Source: Chrysomallon squamiferum
Taxonomy: Eukaryota; Animalia; Mollusca
NCBI GenBank assembly: GCA_012295275.1
Contig: CM022671.1
Coordinates: 35,216,001-35,280,000 of the forward strand
DNA length: 64,000 bases
Direction: 5' to 3'
The notes below the pieces were generated by a model that made no database searches, had not been told where the DNA came from, and saw nothing but the letters and a program-made list of their open reading frames with translations. Positions 63,468 through 64,000 of the stretch are shown here, piece after piece. A program made the translations under genes and the position numbers. The stretch's first letter is position 1. The number at the start of each line of letters is the position of its first letter.

Positions 63468-64000
63468 TATATGCATATTTATTAAAGCGTTAAATAACAT
63501 CTCTCACACCACATCAACATATTCAGTTTGAACACGATGACTCATTTCATTTTTTAAATTATTATTATTTTTTTAAATCTATTTATCATTAATAAAATAT
63601 ATGTGCAGTTATCATTGAACTGCGATGTCAGCACACTGCATAATCGGCGACGTAAGCACGCAGTGTCGTGACACACGTCTGCAACGTTGTGATATACTAA
63701 CAGTTTGTTTACGTGTACATGTACACACACGCATGCACTCACAGACACACTCACACAAAAATACATATATACATTCATGCTTACATACACACACACACAC
63801 ACACATATATATATACATACATATATATATATATATACACATACATACATACATACATACATACAATATATACATACACACACACATCCACACACACACA
63901 TACATAATACATACATACACACACACACACATTCATACGTACCTACCTACGTGTGCCTATGAGTAGATGGTTGTGTCTGTGTATCTGTGTGGATGTGCTG

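Overview
AT-rich, microsatellite-dense eukaryotic (animal, probably invertebrate) genomic DNA. Most entries in the ORF track are microsatellite read-through artefacts. Reading splice sites by hand gives three complete, head-to-tail SLC13 (Na+/di- or tricarboxylate cotransporter, Indy/NaCT/NaDC-like) paralogs on the minus strand. Paralog C spans 59212-47442 (13 coding exons, 657 aa), paralog B spans 38922-25755 (14 exons, 615 aa) and paralog A spans 22745-13222 (14 exons, 601 aa). A complete 4-exon type-B carboxylesterase with intact catalytic motifs (28017-31238, + strand, 660 aa) is nested antisense in intron 12 of paralog B. The first coding exon of an unidentified minus-strand gene lies at 500-698, and that gene runs off the left edge. 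The most unusual non-coding signals are: (1) a ~57-bp tandem array in the last intron of paralog C in which 12 units carry an AG|GTGAG recursive-splice-site-like motif; (2) a triplicated branch-point plus acceptor module in paralog B; (3) a 10-copy array of YY1-like motifs; (4) a dense nuclear-receptor half-site cluster in front of the nested esterase; (5) a HIF/AHR-like RCGTG cluster upstream of paralog C. All exon models are manual (GT-AG, frame-consistent) and have not been checked against transcripts.
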